Shown here piece by piece: positions 49,401 through 61,383 of a DNA stretch of 64,000 nucleotides. The stretch spans positions 7,316,001 to 7,380,000 of the forward strand of contig CDRNST010000144.1 in assembly GCA_977016875.1 (NCBI GenBank), written 5' to 3'. The stretch comes from Pavona decussata (taxonomy: Eukaryota). The translations under genes and the position numbers were made by a program. The notes below the pieces were generated by a model. It searched no databases, was not told where the DNA came from, and was given only the letters and a program-made list of their open reading frames with translations. The first letter of the stretch is position 1. Every line of letters starts with the position of its first letter.

Positions 49401-52400
49401 CTAAAACACAAATAATTCTGTCAAACATGAAGTCATATGAAAACGACAAAAAGGTCTGTCTTTTATAAAGTACGCAAAATCAGGGTTGGGTGCATTTCTG
49501 AACATAAGTGGCCAAACTAACATTTCAAATGTAATAGAATCTAAGGTAATGTACTGCATAGTATATTTTGGAAAAAAAAAAGGCTGGCTAGAGTTTTGTA
49601 AAAAACTTAGCCCAATCACACATTGTCGAGATAGTTTTCTTTACAAAATTTCAGTGACTCTATTTAAGTGCTCTGTGAACAAAGCAAAAGGAGAGCAATT
49701 TAAAAATTACAAGCTGCTAGGGTAGCTAATTAGAGGTCGTTGCAAAGGAAACGAGAAAGGCTGGACTTGAGCCCACGCCTTTTTTCATAATTATGGCGGA
49801 ACGTGCTAACAAGATCGAACCCTTAATGAAATATTCTGTACGTGCTTAGTACAACAGGTTGGGTACAATAGGTGTTTCCATTTAGCAATTACCTTTAAAT
49901 TGAAAGTCTTAACACCAGTTAGTCAGCAAATTTGTAAAGTTAAAATGAAAAGGTAAAATGAATTTAAGGTGAAAACATGCATGAACTGGTACAGATTTGG
50001 TTAGAAACACGGTGGAATTACACCAAAAACTGTCAAAAACGGGAAGACAGGTTATTTCCAGGCAATTTTGTGGCAAGAGTTTAACTGAACACAATCTATT
50101 GTTTTATCGAAAAACCATTTAGGCCATATCTGACCGGGGCATGTTTCTGGGGAAATAGATCAAAGCAATGCTGGACTTTTGCTCTGCACCAAATTCGCAC
50201 TAGGACAAACAACGTTTGATCAACGCAAATGAAATTAACCATACAAAAAACCATTACATGAAGCAATATCAACTAATAAAGTTTAGACTGCAAAACAGTC
50301 ATTCTGCCCCTAAAAGCCCATAAAATCTATTCCAGTGCTGGTTTTGCTCCTTGTTCCGTAATGTGCTCAGACAGGAACAAATCAATGAACATTGTAGTGC
50401 CCTGCATGATTGATCTTGAGTAAATGCGTCACCTTCAAGACAATGGGGTCAATTGACCAGTCTAGTATATTGCTGTAATGTAAAATAAAAAGAAAAAAGA
50501 AAATCGGTATCAAACGACTCAACAAACAAACCCGTTCTGTTGTATCGCATTTTCTCCCCGATGTTTGTGGTTAAAATGGTAAAATGAGAACTCAGTAGAA
50601 TCTGCCACAAACGCATTCACTTTCAAGAAAGTAAACAACCCTTATTGAATACTATTATAACATTACTTTTTTTTCCGTAGGCTGAGAGGCACATATGGGC
50701 TCTTAAAGGACTTTATAAGTCTGTCACGAAAACTGACCCTCCTGAAACAGAAAACGAGAGTGAATTGTCTGAAATGGAGAAAACGGAAGAAGAGACTGTT
50801 CAGGAAGCCAGAACTTTTATGAAAAAAGCGAAAAAAGCAAGTCGTCAAAAACACAAGGAAAGTGCTCCCAGTAGGTCAAAGAAAAGAAAACTAACTCTGG
50901 CTGAAAGCTATTTGTTATCAATACCAACAAAAATAAGAAAAGTTGTTCCCCAAAACAAAACAATTTGTCAGAAATCGTAATCTGAAAGTAAAGAAGGCAG
51001 CGAAGACGAGGAAGAGGATGAGAACACCCAAAAGAGGCACAAATTTACTTGCCCCCTCCACTGTGGTTCTACAGTATGTCAGCTACCGCGCCATTTAAGA
51101 AATGTCCATGGTTGGGATGCCGAATGAGCCAAGAATGCTGTTAATCGGTACGAGATGCGTCACGATCAGCGAATTTCTGCAAAGTCAAAAGAAGTGCGCA
51201 ATAAGCGGAAGAAGAAATACTGCATCGAATGTGGGCGCAAACAAAGGTATCTCTCCAAGCACTTGCAGAAACAGCATGGTTACCAGAAGGGTACAAAACG
51301 ATACTGGAAGGCTCTTAAAGACTCCCGACCTGTTCATCACTTTGGGGCTTCTCGCAATCCGCCGTTTGTCGAGACAGATAGTGACACAGCAAGTGAGGAG
51401 TCAGCTGCTGAAACAGTTAACCTGTTTGAGAAGAATAAAAGCAACTTACCACTTCCAGGAGCACGTCCAACAGCCAGCTCTTCTTCGACTTTAGAGAAAG
51501 TGACTGTTGAAGAAACCGAACCAAGTGATGTTGAAGATGACGCTGAATATTTTGAAGACAACGAAGAAGAAAGTAGTGATGCTGAAGACACCAATACGGA
51601 AGTTTTCACAGTGGACCAACAAAGTAAGCGAGTATTTGAGATGTTCGAGAAATGGATCCTTAGCCGCGATGGAGGCGAGAAAGATCCTAACCCGGCTACT
51701 CTAGTGGTGCGATAAGTGGAGAAAATACTAATGATGATAGGAACAGAAACAGCTGATAGCTTGTTTGACAAGAAGCTCATTCGTGAAGAGTTTTACCCAA
51801 AATCGAGAGCATCACACAAGGCAGCAACTGCGATAAGTTATCTACTTTCATTGCGCAAGTTCTACACCTTCGCCATGACCGAAGACGACACTGGGCTTTC
51901 ATGTGAGAGTAGACGTATGGCAGATGCTCTCTTTAAGAAATGTGGCGAGTGGTGTAAAAGTCTGCGGAAAGAGGTGAAAGAAAGATTTTGGGAGAAGCAA
52001 GAGGAAGATCTTTCTCGCCTGATCACTCCAGAAAAAGTTCAAGAGTTTGCCAACACAGACTTTGCACGAAATCAAGTCAAGACCATTGGTGAGTTAATTG
52101 AAGAAAGTCAGAATCCATGTCTTAGCCAAACACAGTACTGTGATTTGAGAAACTTTTTGTTTATACATATTTTGGCACAAAATGGGCACAGAAGTGCTGT
52201 GATAACGAACAGCACTCTAGATGAATACAAGAAAATCAGCTGCGTTGATGGGACTTACATGGCCAAGCGAATCTCTGTTTTGATGAAAGCCTAAAAGCAT
52301 GGGTGGACATTTACGTGGAACACGCAAGAATTCAAGTTGCAACGGGCGACGAAAGCAAGGCCCTGTTCTTAAACTGGAAAGGAGGGCAGATGAAGAGTAG

Positions 52401-54048
52401 CGATTTGTCATCAGCACTAACCAGTGCGTGGAGAAAGGCTGGCATGATAAATAATGAAACTCGCATATCTGGAACTCTCGTGAGGAAATCCTGCACCACA
52501 GCAATTCGGCAGTACAATAAAGACATCAAGGGAAATGTTGCGGCACATATGGCACACAGTGAACGCACAGCAGATAAGCATTATCATCTAGTTCAGAAGC
52601 GTACAAACTCTGCCTTTGCCGCAAGGCAGCTAACAGCAGTTATGCATGGCAGGGTTTCACCTGCTACACCATCACTCGAGAGAAAAGATAACTGCGAGCA
52701 GTCGAGTACGAGAAAAGATGACTGTGGGCCATCTAATGAAAGAAGTGATGATTGTGAGCTTGATGTGTCAGCAGTACCACTTGTCCGACAAAGCTGGACA
52801 GAAGAAGAAGAAACAGTTATTCAAGAAGTCTTTTCAGACCAAATCAGCCGCCAATCTGTTACCTTAAAAGAAGTCCTTACTGTTAAAGGGACACATCCAT
52901 TGCTTGTGAACTGTGACAATAAGAGACTACTTGACAAAGTGAGAGCATTGTACAGGTTCAAGAAATCGCAGAGTGTAAGTGTGGATGATCGCATGACCAA
53001 TGGTCCTTGTGATGATTTGAGTGACTCGATCTCAGTTGTAAGTCCGTCTACAAATCGCAGCAATGCTAGGGTTTTTGAAGAGGAAGAGGTGATCCTTTTT
53101 AACGAGCTTTTCAAGGATATGATTCAAAGGGGTCAAAAAATAGAACAACCAACGGTTGTACAGCGATTGAAACAGAGTGGACATGGACACATGATTGAAA
53201 AATACAGCAAACAAAAAATAACTGACAAGATTAGAGGTCTCCGTTGCACATACATCAGGCGGTGGAGAAAGTAATCAAATGCAGTTAAGGTTTCACCAAA
53301 CCTTTTTGAGTGTTACCGTAATTGCCTTTGTTTACTTTCTCTTCTACCGGATTGCGAGCAAGGACCGATAAGTGCTCATTTTTATATCGTTTTAAAGCTT
53401 ATACAATGGGTAAACAATTTCTTGGATTAAACAAAAACTGTCTCACTACGAGGCTTTAAGTGGAGATTGACTGAGGTCTGTAAAGATGAATTACCTTCAC
53501 AACCATTTTACTGTAGCAAACATCCGGGGTTTGCAGTTAAGCACGCATTGGCCTCTTAAACCGTGTCGGGAGTTTTATAATTCTGCTTTAGTTTTGAGTT
53601 GACACTCAGACGCAAAAAAAAGCGGAGATAGAAATTCATAATCAAACTTGAAATCGCTTTTACTTTGTTTGAAAACTGTTATCGGGATTTGGTCGGTAAG
53701 GTTTATAAAGGTTTCGCAGCGTGTACAGGTTTTGTTTTGTCATGGAAATTTTGCCTTCCCTTGTTTCTCCATAAAACAATGTATAGGTCATGTTTTTTTA
53801 CTCTAAAACTGACCACTATCATTTTTTTTGGCGCGCAACGAGGTTAAAAAAGGTTCGGTGTTAACCCTAATAAGCAAAGGTTCGAAAAATCCGGCGTTGG
53901 CACAGTTTTCGTTTTGGCGATTGGCATCCACACTGCCGTTGGTCGTCAAGTCAACTCAAAGTCACATAGTCAACATTATGGTTGCTAAGTCCACATTCTT
54001 AAGTCGCTGAGTCAACAAAAAAAGGTACTAAGTCCACCATCAGTCTAA
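46408..54048 (+). mobile_element. Putative microsatellite-targeting tyrosine-recombinase DNA transposon (CryptonV-like)
   Basis: Flanked by (TCA)n on both sides, no TIR, contains a YR pseudogene, clustered AGTC(A/C)AC motifs at 53947-54038. Confidence 0.7.
50681..53274 (+). pseudogene. Multidomain tyrosine recombinase: two C2H2 fingers, acidic linker, YR, two Myb/SANT-like repeats
   Basis: Acceptor TTTTTTTCCGTAG at 50680. CPLHC..LPRHLRNVH, CIEC..LSKHLQKQH; YLLSLRKFY; NGHRSAV, LVRK, MAHS..TADKHY; WTEEEE..DKVR and FEEEE..DKIR. In-frame stops and a frameshift near 52260. Confidence 0.85.
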
Positions 54049-54072
54049 TCATCATCATCATCATCATCATCA
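54049..54072. repeat. (TCA)8 microsatellite, right flank of the YR element
   Basis: Direct reading. Confidence 0.95.
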
Positions 54073-54299
54073 GGTCAAAATATAATGTTCAACAGATAAC
54101 AAGAATATTAATTGTTATTATTATTATGTTATGACTAAGAGTTCCAGGCACGACAGTTTAAAATAACAAACTCTTGTGAAGGTGGAACAAGGCCTAACAG
54201 AAGTTTGACAGCAGCCATTGTTTTTTCCCTTTGTAGATATTGACAATAATTGTTGTCACCACCTTTTTGATGGGCAAAAAAAGAGGTACATATAATACA

Positions 54300-54468
54300 T
54301 ATATACTTTCAGGAAATATCCACTAATTCGGTTAACTTTCTGGATACGACAGTGCTAAAGGATAGACAGGGTAACATCAGCACAGACGTCTATCAGAAAC
54401 CCAGAGTTACACATCCATAACTACACTGGACTTCAGCTCATCCACCACATCTCAAACAAAGCATCCCG
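54300..54468 (+). mobile_element. Penelope-like RT fragment, 5' part
   Basis: SVNFLDTTV..ISTDVYQKP..LHWTSAHPPHLKQSIP. Confidence 0.85.
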
Positions 54469-57284
54469 TTTTTTTTTGTTTTTTTTTTTTTTCTATGAGG
54501 TGTTAATTATGGGCAGCCACGGTTTTTTCTGCTCCCTAATTTTAGTTCTGTTTTTCCTGTTTTGTCGCTTCCCTGGTATTCTAAACTACCTCGAGCCATA
54601 TCTAAACATTAGTGGCACAGCCTGGATCGCTGCATTCCCTGAAAGATACAGTATTCCGGTAGGAAACCACGATCTCTCTGTCTGGTTGCCGTCGACTTTG
54701 GATCATCGATTAGTTATTGCTTATTCTACCAACAATGCGACGGATTCCAACAATCATGAACTATTGTTCTACGGCCAAGATTGGAATGACACCTTTTGTA
54801 ACTTCGGCTGTCCAGACTGTATTCACTATCCGCGGAGCTTTGCGCCGGTACGCTTGATATTCAAACAGTACAAAGTCAAGAGAACCAAGCGCCCATGTGC
54901 GTATTACTCTAACACCTGTGCCACATTCCATTGCACATTGGAAGGAGACCTTGTGTTCAAATTGAACCCCGGTCCTGTGAACAATAGTGATCATTCTATT
55001 CCATCCTATTATTCTTTAAGGCGATGCGCTCCATCGAATACACGTGTTGATCAATCAAGAATCCCATCGAATTTGACCGTTGTCCACCGACTACCCTTCA
55101 ACAACGTTTCTCGTAGGATATCTGTGGTTGCCCCGCGTCACATCAATGATTTCTCGACTTCTTCATCTCGCACTAGGAATCTGAACAACTTAAGAGCAAA
55201 TGTTGCCAAAAATCAAACATTTTTGAAATATCGTGGCAACGGCTCAAAAATCAATTCGGCCCATTTTCTCAAGTTAGGTAGCCCTTAATGTGAAGCAAGT
55301 GACTTCATACTTTGTTTAGTTAAATATCGATTCATTTTCGAGAAAATCAATAATAACCGAATTCTCTGAAAATACCGCTGTTTGAGTATAAAATTTAGGG
55401 CGATTTACGAAGCTTCGTGTTACAAAATAAAACACTCTAGAGAAATAAAAACTATCATATCTTGTGTAAAGATGTCGAAAGTGTATGTTACAAACAATTT
55501 AAGGAATTTTTGACCATTTACTTTTAAAATGTAAAAGTATTTGTCCAACCTACTTTTTCCAAGATGAAAAGATGGCCCAAAGTAACCTATTATGTAAGCA
55601 TGTGGTACCGAATGTAATTAACTAAAATCTGTGTTTTTTAAGGGAAAGAGTTGGTCTTTTACGTCCCCAAAGGATTTTTTGGGGAAATGATTCAGTGCGA
55701 TGAAATCGAATTTTAAAGTTATATAAATAGCGCTGTTTCAACTGATCCGGTGGATTACCTCAACTGTACACATAGACGACCAACTTATATTATTTCGCAG
55801 TTTACGCTCATTCGAAATCTAATTCAGCATACAAACTCCTCCTTGTTTACAAATCAAAGATAAAGACTGCAGTCCTGCAATTGCCATTTCCTTCGTGAAA
55901 CAATCGAACCAACCTGATGGATCACTTCCCACGATATGGCGGCACTGTACCATTGTTGTTTACTTCCTCACGTTTTTGATGCGAACATTCTCTGTTTTCA
56001 TTTTTCTCCAAAATGGCCTTCAAACGTCTTTCGTAAATCGTCTTTGCTAAAACATCAGTGTTGAACAGACCAGCGAGCGAAAAAAAGGACCAAACGTCCT
56101 TAAATTAAAACACATGTGTTCCCGTGTTTCTTGAATTGTGAAATACAACTAATTAATTCAGAGGGCGTTCAAATGAAATTTACAAGCATCGGAAAATGAA
56201 AAAAATTGGAACATGGAACACATAGTAGGCGGACCACAGGTCGAGCTTTTGTATTTAAAATATCAACGATAAAAACAGGCAAAAAGGTAGAAGCAATCAA
56301 AAGAAGCCAAAAAGGCAATAAATCATAAAACAGGATCACTGTAGAAAACACTACTTCGCGGCACTGCTACCGTGAAACTGGGAAAAACAACAAAATCTTA
56401 ATTTTAATTGTTTCTTCGGGAGTTTTAAGCATCCTTCTTTACATTTTTTAAATAATAAAATTTTAAGTCAAATTCGAGAGGGCGGTCCACATTTTAAGAC
56501 ATCCGTCAATTTTGTTTGCTTCTAATTGATTGATTAATCTAAAGTAACTGGTTTAGTGAAACATTTGTAAACACCGAGAACGGCGCGTGTTATTGCGTGA
56601 ATGTGCAGGTGTGTTGCTCTTATAAGTCTCTCGTGGCAGGAATTTTAGGATTTGACACGAGAGACAGAAAAAAAGAAACACAAATCATCCCTTCGCTGGC
56701 CTGTTCAAAAGACATTTTCAATCATATGGCTAGTCTTGGTTTTTTGGGTCCAAAGGACGAAGTTGACCTTATTCTCAGCCGAGTAGAGATATTTACTCAT
56801 CCTGGAAACATAACTTCTATGACCATTTGTCCCTTGCATCGCTAGAAGCTTGGTTTTGGCTGAAGAAGGGGATCAAATGCGAGGTGCAGAATGCCAGAGA
56901 TATTGTCCACTCATGACAAAAGGGGCAAAAAGTGGCCAAAATGCGACCGAGGAATCGGGAAAATTGAAACGCAAATAATAATAAAGAAAACTGGCCGGAG
57001 TATTTCTTCAAGTAGGCTCAGGTAAGTTGACTTTTTGCATACCTTGCCTTTTTTTCTCGAACTCGCTTGTCTTAGCACGGAGCACTAGATTTCCTATAGG
57101 TATTTGCGCAACATGTCGGAAAACCCTCAGGGCGCTTGTAGCAGAGAGAGGAGAGACAGCCACTGTAACTTTACAGTCTCGACCTATTAAAGCAAGTTTA
57201 CTGAGACAAATGAGTAAATCAAACTTGGTAAGCTTTAAACCATGCACATTACTTATTATCAGCTTGCCGTCAGTCAGTCAGTTA

Positions 57285-57400
57285 GTATTATACTTAATAA
57301 TACTTAATACTTAATAACACTTATATAGCGCTTATCCGCATGCGTTCTAAGCGCTTGTGGAGATGTGGAGATGAATAAAGAAAAAAGAGATAGGTAACTC
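57285..57400 (-). mobile_element. L2-type retroposon 3' end (LINE or SINE) with (TAAGTAT)n tail
   Basis: Minus strand AGCGCTTAGAACGCATGCGGATAAGCGCTATATAAG followed by tandem TAAGTAT. Confidence 0.6.
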
Positions 57401-57789
57401 TCCCCACACCATGGTACACCCTGCAATCTTTATGATCCGTGTAAAAGTCTAACTAGGGGACTGGTGACTAAACGCAACGCTGGTACTTTTTTTGCAATAT
57501 GTGTAGCACATTGAAATGACTTGTCTCCGCAGATTGTTGTTGGGACCAGTTTCGTTGTGGTGGCTACGTTACGTATTCCGGCATTCGCAATGCAAAGGGC
57601 AGTTGCGTGATTTTAGCCCATTTTTACTCAAAAAAATTCCCTTGTTCACGCCGGCGAAAAGTTACCTACTAAGACACTGGGTTTAATGCTTCCGATCGTC
57701 AGTTGGCCCTTCTTCGTTAAATTGTTATAGATATTTAACATTCTCTCTTTTTCTCTCTTTCTCTTTCCTTCCTTCCCTACTTCTTTCCC

Positions 57790-57961
57790 NNNNNNNNNNN
57801 NNNNNNNNNNNNNNNNNNNNNNNNNNNNNNNNNNNNNNNNNNNNNNNNNNNNNNNNNNNNNNNNNNNNNNNNNNNNNNNNNNNNNNNNNNNNNNNNNNNN
57901 NNNNNNNNNNNNNNNNNNNNNNNNNNNNNNNNNNNNNNNNNNNNNNNNNNNNNNNNNNNNN
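57790..57961. other. Assembly gap (N run)
   Basis: 172 N flanked by pyrimidine-rich and purine-rich tracts. Confidence 1.
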
Positions 57962-60266
57962 ACGAGGAGGGGAAGAGGAGAAGGAACAGGAAGAGGTTGA
58001 AGTCTCTTTTACGCTAGTATGAAGTCCTATGTTATTAATTAGAAAGAAGCCGTTATGAACCATCTTTTGTTGAAGAAAAAAACTTAACACCACGGAAAAA
58101 GCTGAACGAGTTCCTGAATTCAAACAACGTCATCATCTGGAAAAAATAATGGGAAGAAGCTTGCGAGAGGAAAAAAGGCTTTATACTAGAAAAGCGCGAC
58201 AAACTCTTAATGCATGCTTGGATGAGATTGCTCCGGGGGAAGCTGAAACGATAATCTCATCGCTGGTTAAATCAAAGCTTGAAAAAATACTATCGATTCC
58301 TCACTAATGGAATGTCTTGCCGAATGTTATAACAATGAGGAACACTGGAGCAGCAGAAGGCAGATTTTGTCCATCATGGTAGACATGTGAATTTCAAAGA
58401 TCTGCTAAAATGGATACCTAACTTGTCCAGGTATCACTTTAACATAGTTAACTGGCATCATCTATTGCTTCACAGCAGAGGCTCAAAAGCTTCTATGACT
58501 GGCAAACGTAAGCAGCGCTATGTATAAATTATCGAAGGCGTAGTTGCCAGTTGTGGTAGCACATGTAAAACTTGAACGGTTGATCAAAATGTCTAGAAAA
58601 GAGCAGTAGCCTACAAAACGTTCAGTAATTTTCGAAAGTACCTGACCGTTGTCAACAACATTTCCGACGCCAGCATGATTTTGATCGCTGCGTCTGTTGC
58701 CATTTAAATCGTCTGAATCCGAAAGGGACTCCCAATTTAAAGTGATGGGGTTCAATTTTGTAATTAACACTGCTAATTGCATTCAAATCTGAAGTGGTTA
58801 ATGTGAAAATTATCCTGATACTTTTTAGGGTGTAAGCTAGGAAAAAAAAATATGTGATGGGAAAAATATCTAGTTGTCAAAATTGGCGAAAAAAGGAATA
58901 AGAGCCACGCCCACAAAAGGGGAATTGAGGCACACCCTGTGACGTTTATGATTTCTAGCAGGAAGTCCCCCATCCCAGCGTGCACTGGTGATTTATAATT
59001 AGTTTATGGGCAATAGTATGTCGTTCTGGTGACCATACGCATTAAACTGCCTGAACGTTTTTACTTCAAGGTGAAGTATAAGCAAATAAAGTGTTAAATC
59101 ACGTTTTCTTTCTTTCTGTTTCCTGCTATAAACCTCCGAGAACCCTAAATAAAACCTGCAGTAGCTAGAAGTTACGGCACCTCATTAATTCTTAAGTGTC
59201 TTGGCCATAGTTAGCTCACCAACGAATGGTGGGTTTGGCTGACTGTTTTCACAGATTGAAGTTAATCCAGTAAACAATTTACGTAGAGCGGTAAATTTGC
59301 ATAAGTTTTAGCTTGCGTGACCGGTACGCGATTCTGTTCCATTGCTGGCACAGAAGTTGCTCTATTGGCTCCTCTCATTCACTCTTTTTTGAATAGCATT
59401 TAACGCAAGAGCGTGTTTTCGAATATCAGTAGGTAAGATGAGTTTGACAGTTTTCTTTATGGCATAACGTGTGTATTGGCCTTTCTGACGGCGCGCAAAA
59501 CAATGACCTAGGTTTTGGGACTGTAAAGGCTCGGATGCTCTGTGCTTTGGGGATCTAACAACTCAAGTGATTGATGGCTGTGATTAGTATTATATTCCAA
59601 GACTACTGGTCAGGCGTGATCTGTTTGAGTGATTATGAACACTGAGATGCTACATTTAAGTTAAATTGAAATATAGCTAGTTTTGAATGACTGGCTACAA
59701 GGGGTGAGGGTTAAAAGTGGCTTCCCTTAGCCTAGGAACTTCCGGCCCGAATCCCGGAAGTAGGAATTTGTCACGCAACAATTGAGCGTGTTTCCTTCGC
59801 GTACCTCGTTGACGAATCCAACTTAAGAAACCCCAGGTCCGTCCACGAGGAAAATGTAAGTGGATGTATATATTATTTAAAAGTGAAATCCTTTAATTAT
59901 AATTCATGATCAACGAATTCAACAGACCGTTTGATTTCATGATCCAACGTTGGAAATTGCTCCGGCTTGTCAAAATTGAGACGGATTATTTGCCTTTCAA
60001 ATAAACTCCAAGAGAGCTGAAACAAATAGCTTGTTGTTCGCCTTTGGTTTGCTGTTCACTTTAAACTGGGTTTAACGGAAAGGCTTACAAAAATCATTTT
60101 TTAAAGCTACTCGTTTCTCGAAAACAACATCGGAAAATTTTTCCATCTAAACAGCACGTCCGCATTTCAAAACAAACATGACGCTTTGCATTTGTATTGT
60201 CTTAACAAGTTATCTGGCGGTGTGTATTTGGTATCGAACAGTGAGACAGCACTACTATAGCCTTAA

Positions 60267-61383
60267 CCCATAACGCACCGTGCCGGCCAAAACCGGCCGT
60301 GATTTTGGCCTCATCTGCGCGCACTCCACGATTTGAGCCTACCTCCCCTAGAAGGGAATTTTTTGTCCCCTATTGTTCTCATTGTCTTCAGAAAGGACTG
60401 ACCAATCAGAATCCACTTACTGCGCATATATTTTTAGGTCTTAGGGGGGCCCAGACAAAAGAGCTTTTTATCTTTAGGAATTGGTGTCCGATTTCAATTT
60501 TTGTTGCCTCGTGGGCCGCGCGGCAAAATTTTTAGTCGCCGATTTTTGCGTTTTCCGAAGGAAAACACACCTTTTCGAAATGGTAAATCGAAAGAAGAAC
60601 TGCTAAGGAATACTCAACAGTTTCGACAGCGAAAATCCGAGAAATAACGGGGAAGAAATTGCGCTTCGAGTACGAATTGTTGTTTTATCCAGGCGACGAG
60701 CGAGCGGACAGCTCAAATCATTATTCAGGCCACGGACTTTCTGCGAAATTTTAGACTACTTCTGGGAATTCAACAGCCAAAAAAATACAGGTTTGATTGT
60801 GAATTTGTACTGAAATACTATTCTAATAGACCGATTCTTTGTATTCTGAACAGTTTTTGCGAAATTATTGAGAAACGTGCCCCGCACGGGTCGATAAATT
60901 CGCTTCGAATTGGACTTGTTGTTCCTTCAAATCGCTTGCGCGTCGCTCGTCTCGCATTTATAATTATACGCGTTTCTTTCTAAGGCGTAAACAAAGACTT
61001 TTCTGAATAAATTTTTCATTTAGGAAAGCTTTCTGTGTGTTTTTCTTTCTATTTTCATTGAGAAAACGTGACAACTGTGTAATCTTGCGTAAACAAACAC
61101 ATGCTCTCGAGACGGATCCAATTTCGCCCATGTGACGCGCGGATCAAATTACATCGAAATTTCGGAAATTTTTACCTTCAAGTTTGTTTTTTGAAAAATT
61201 TTTAATTGGCAACTAGTGTATTTTATTCCATAATTAGTAATTTTAACTATCTTAGACCAAAGGGGTGTTGTTTTTTTTGCCCTGTAAGTTATGTATTTTT
61301 ACTGCACATGGGTTAGGAAATAACCACTTTGCCAATTTTGCTGAATTTTGGAAAACCTCTGGAAACGACTGGTGCTTAATGGG
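60267..61383. mobile_element. Non-autonomous piggyBac-type element nested in Sola3
   Basis: TTAA|CCCATAACGCACC ... GGTGCTTAATGGG|TTAA. Confidence 0.82.

Noticed and set aside
57725-58123. 132-aa ORF across the N run
   Set aside because: Artefact of the assembly gap.
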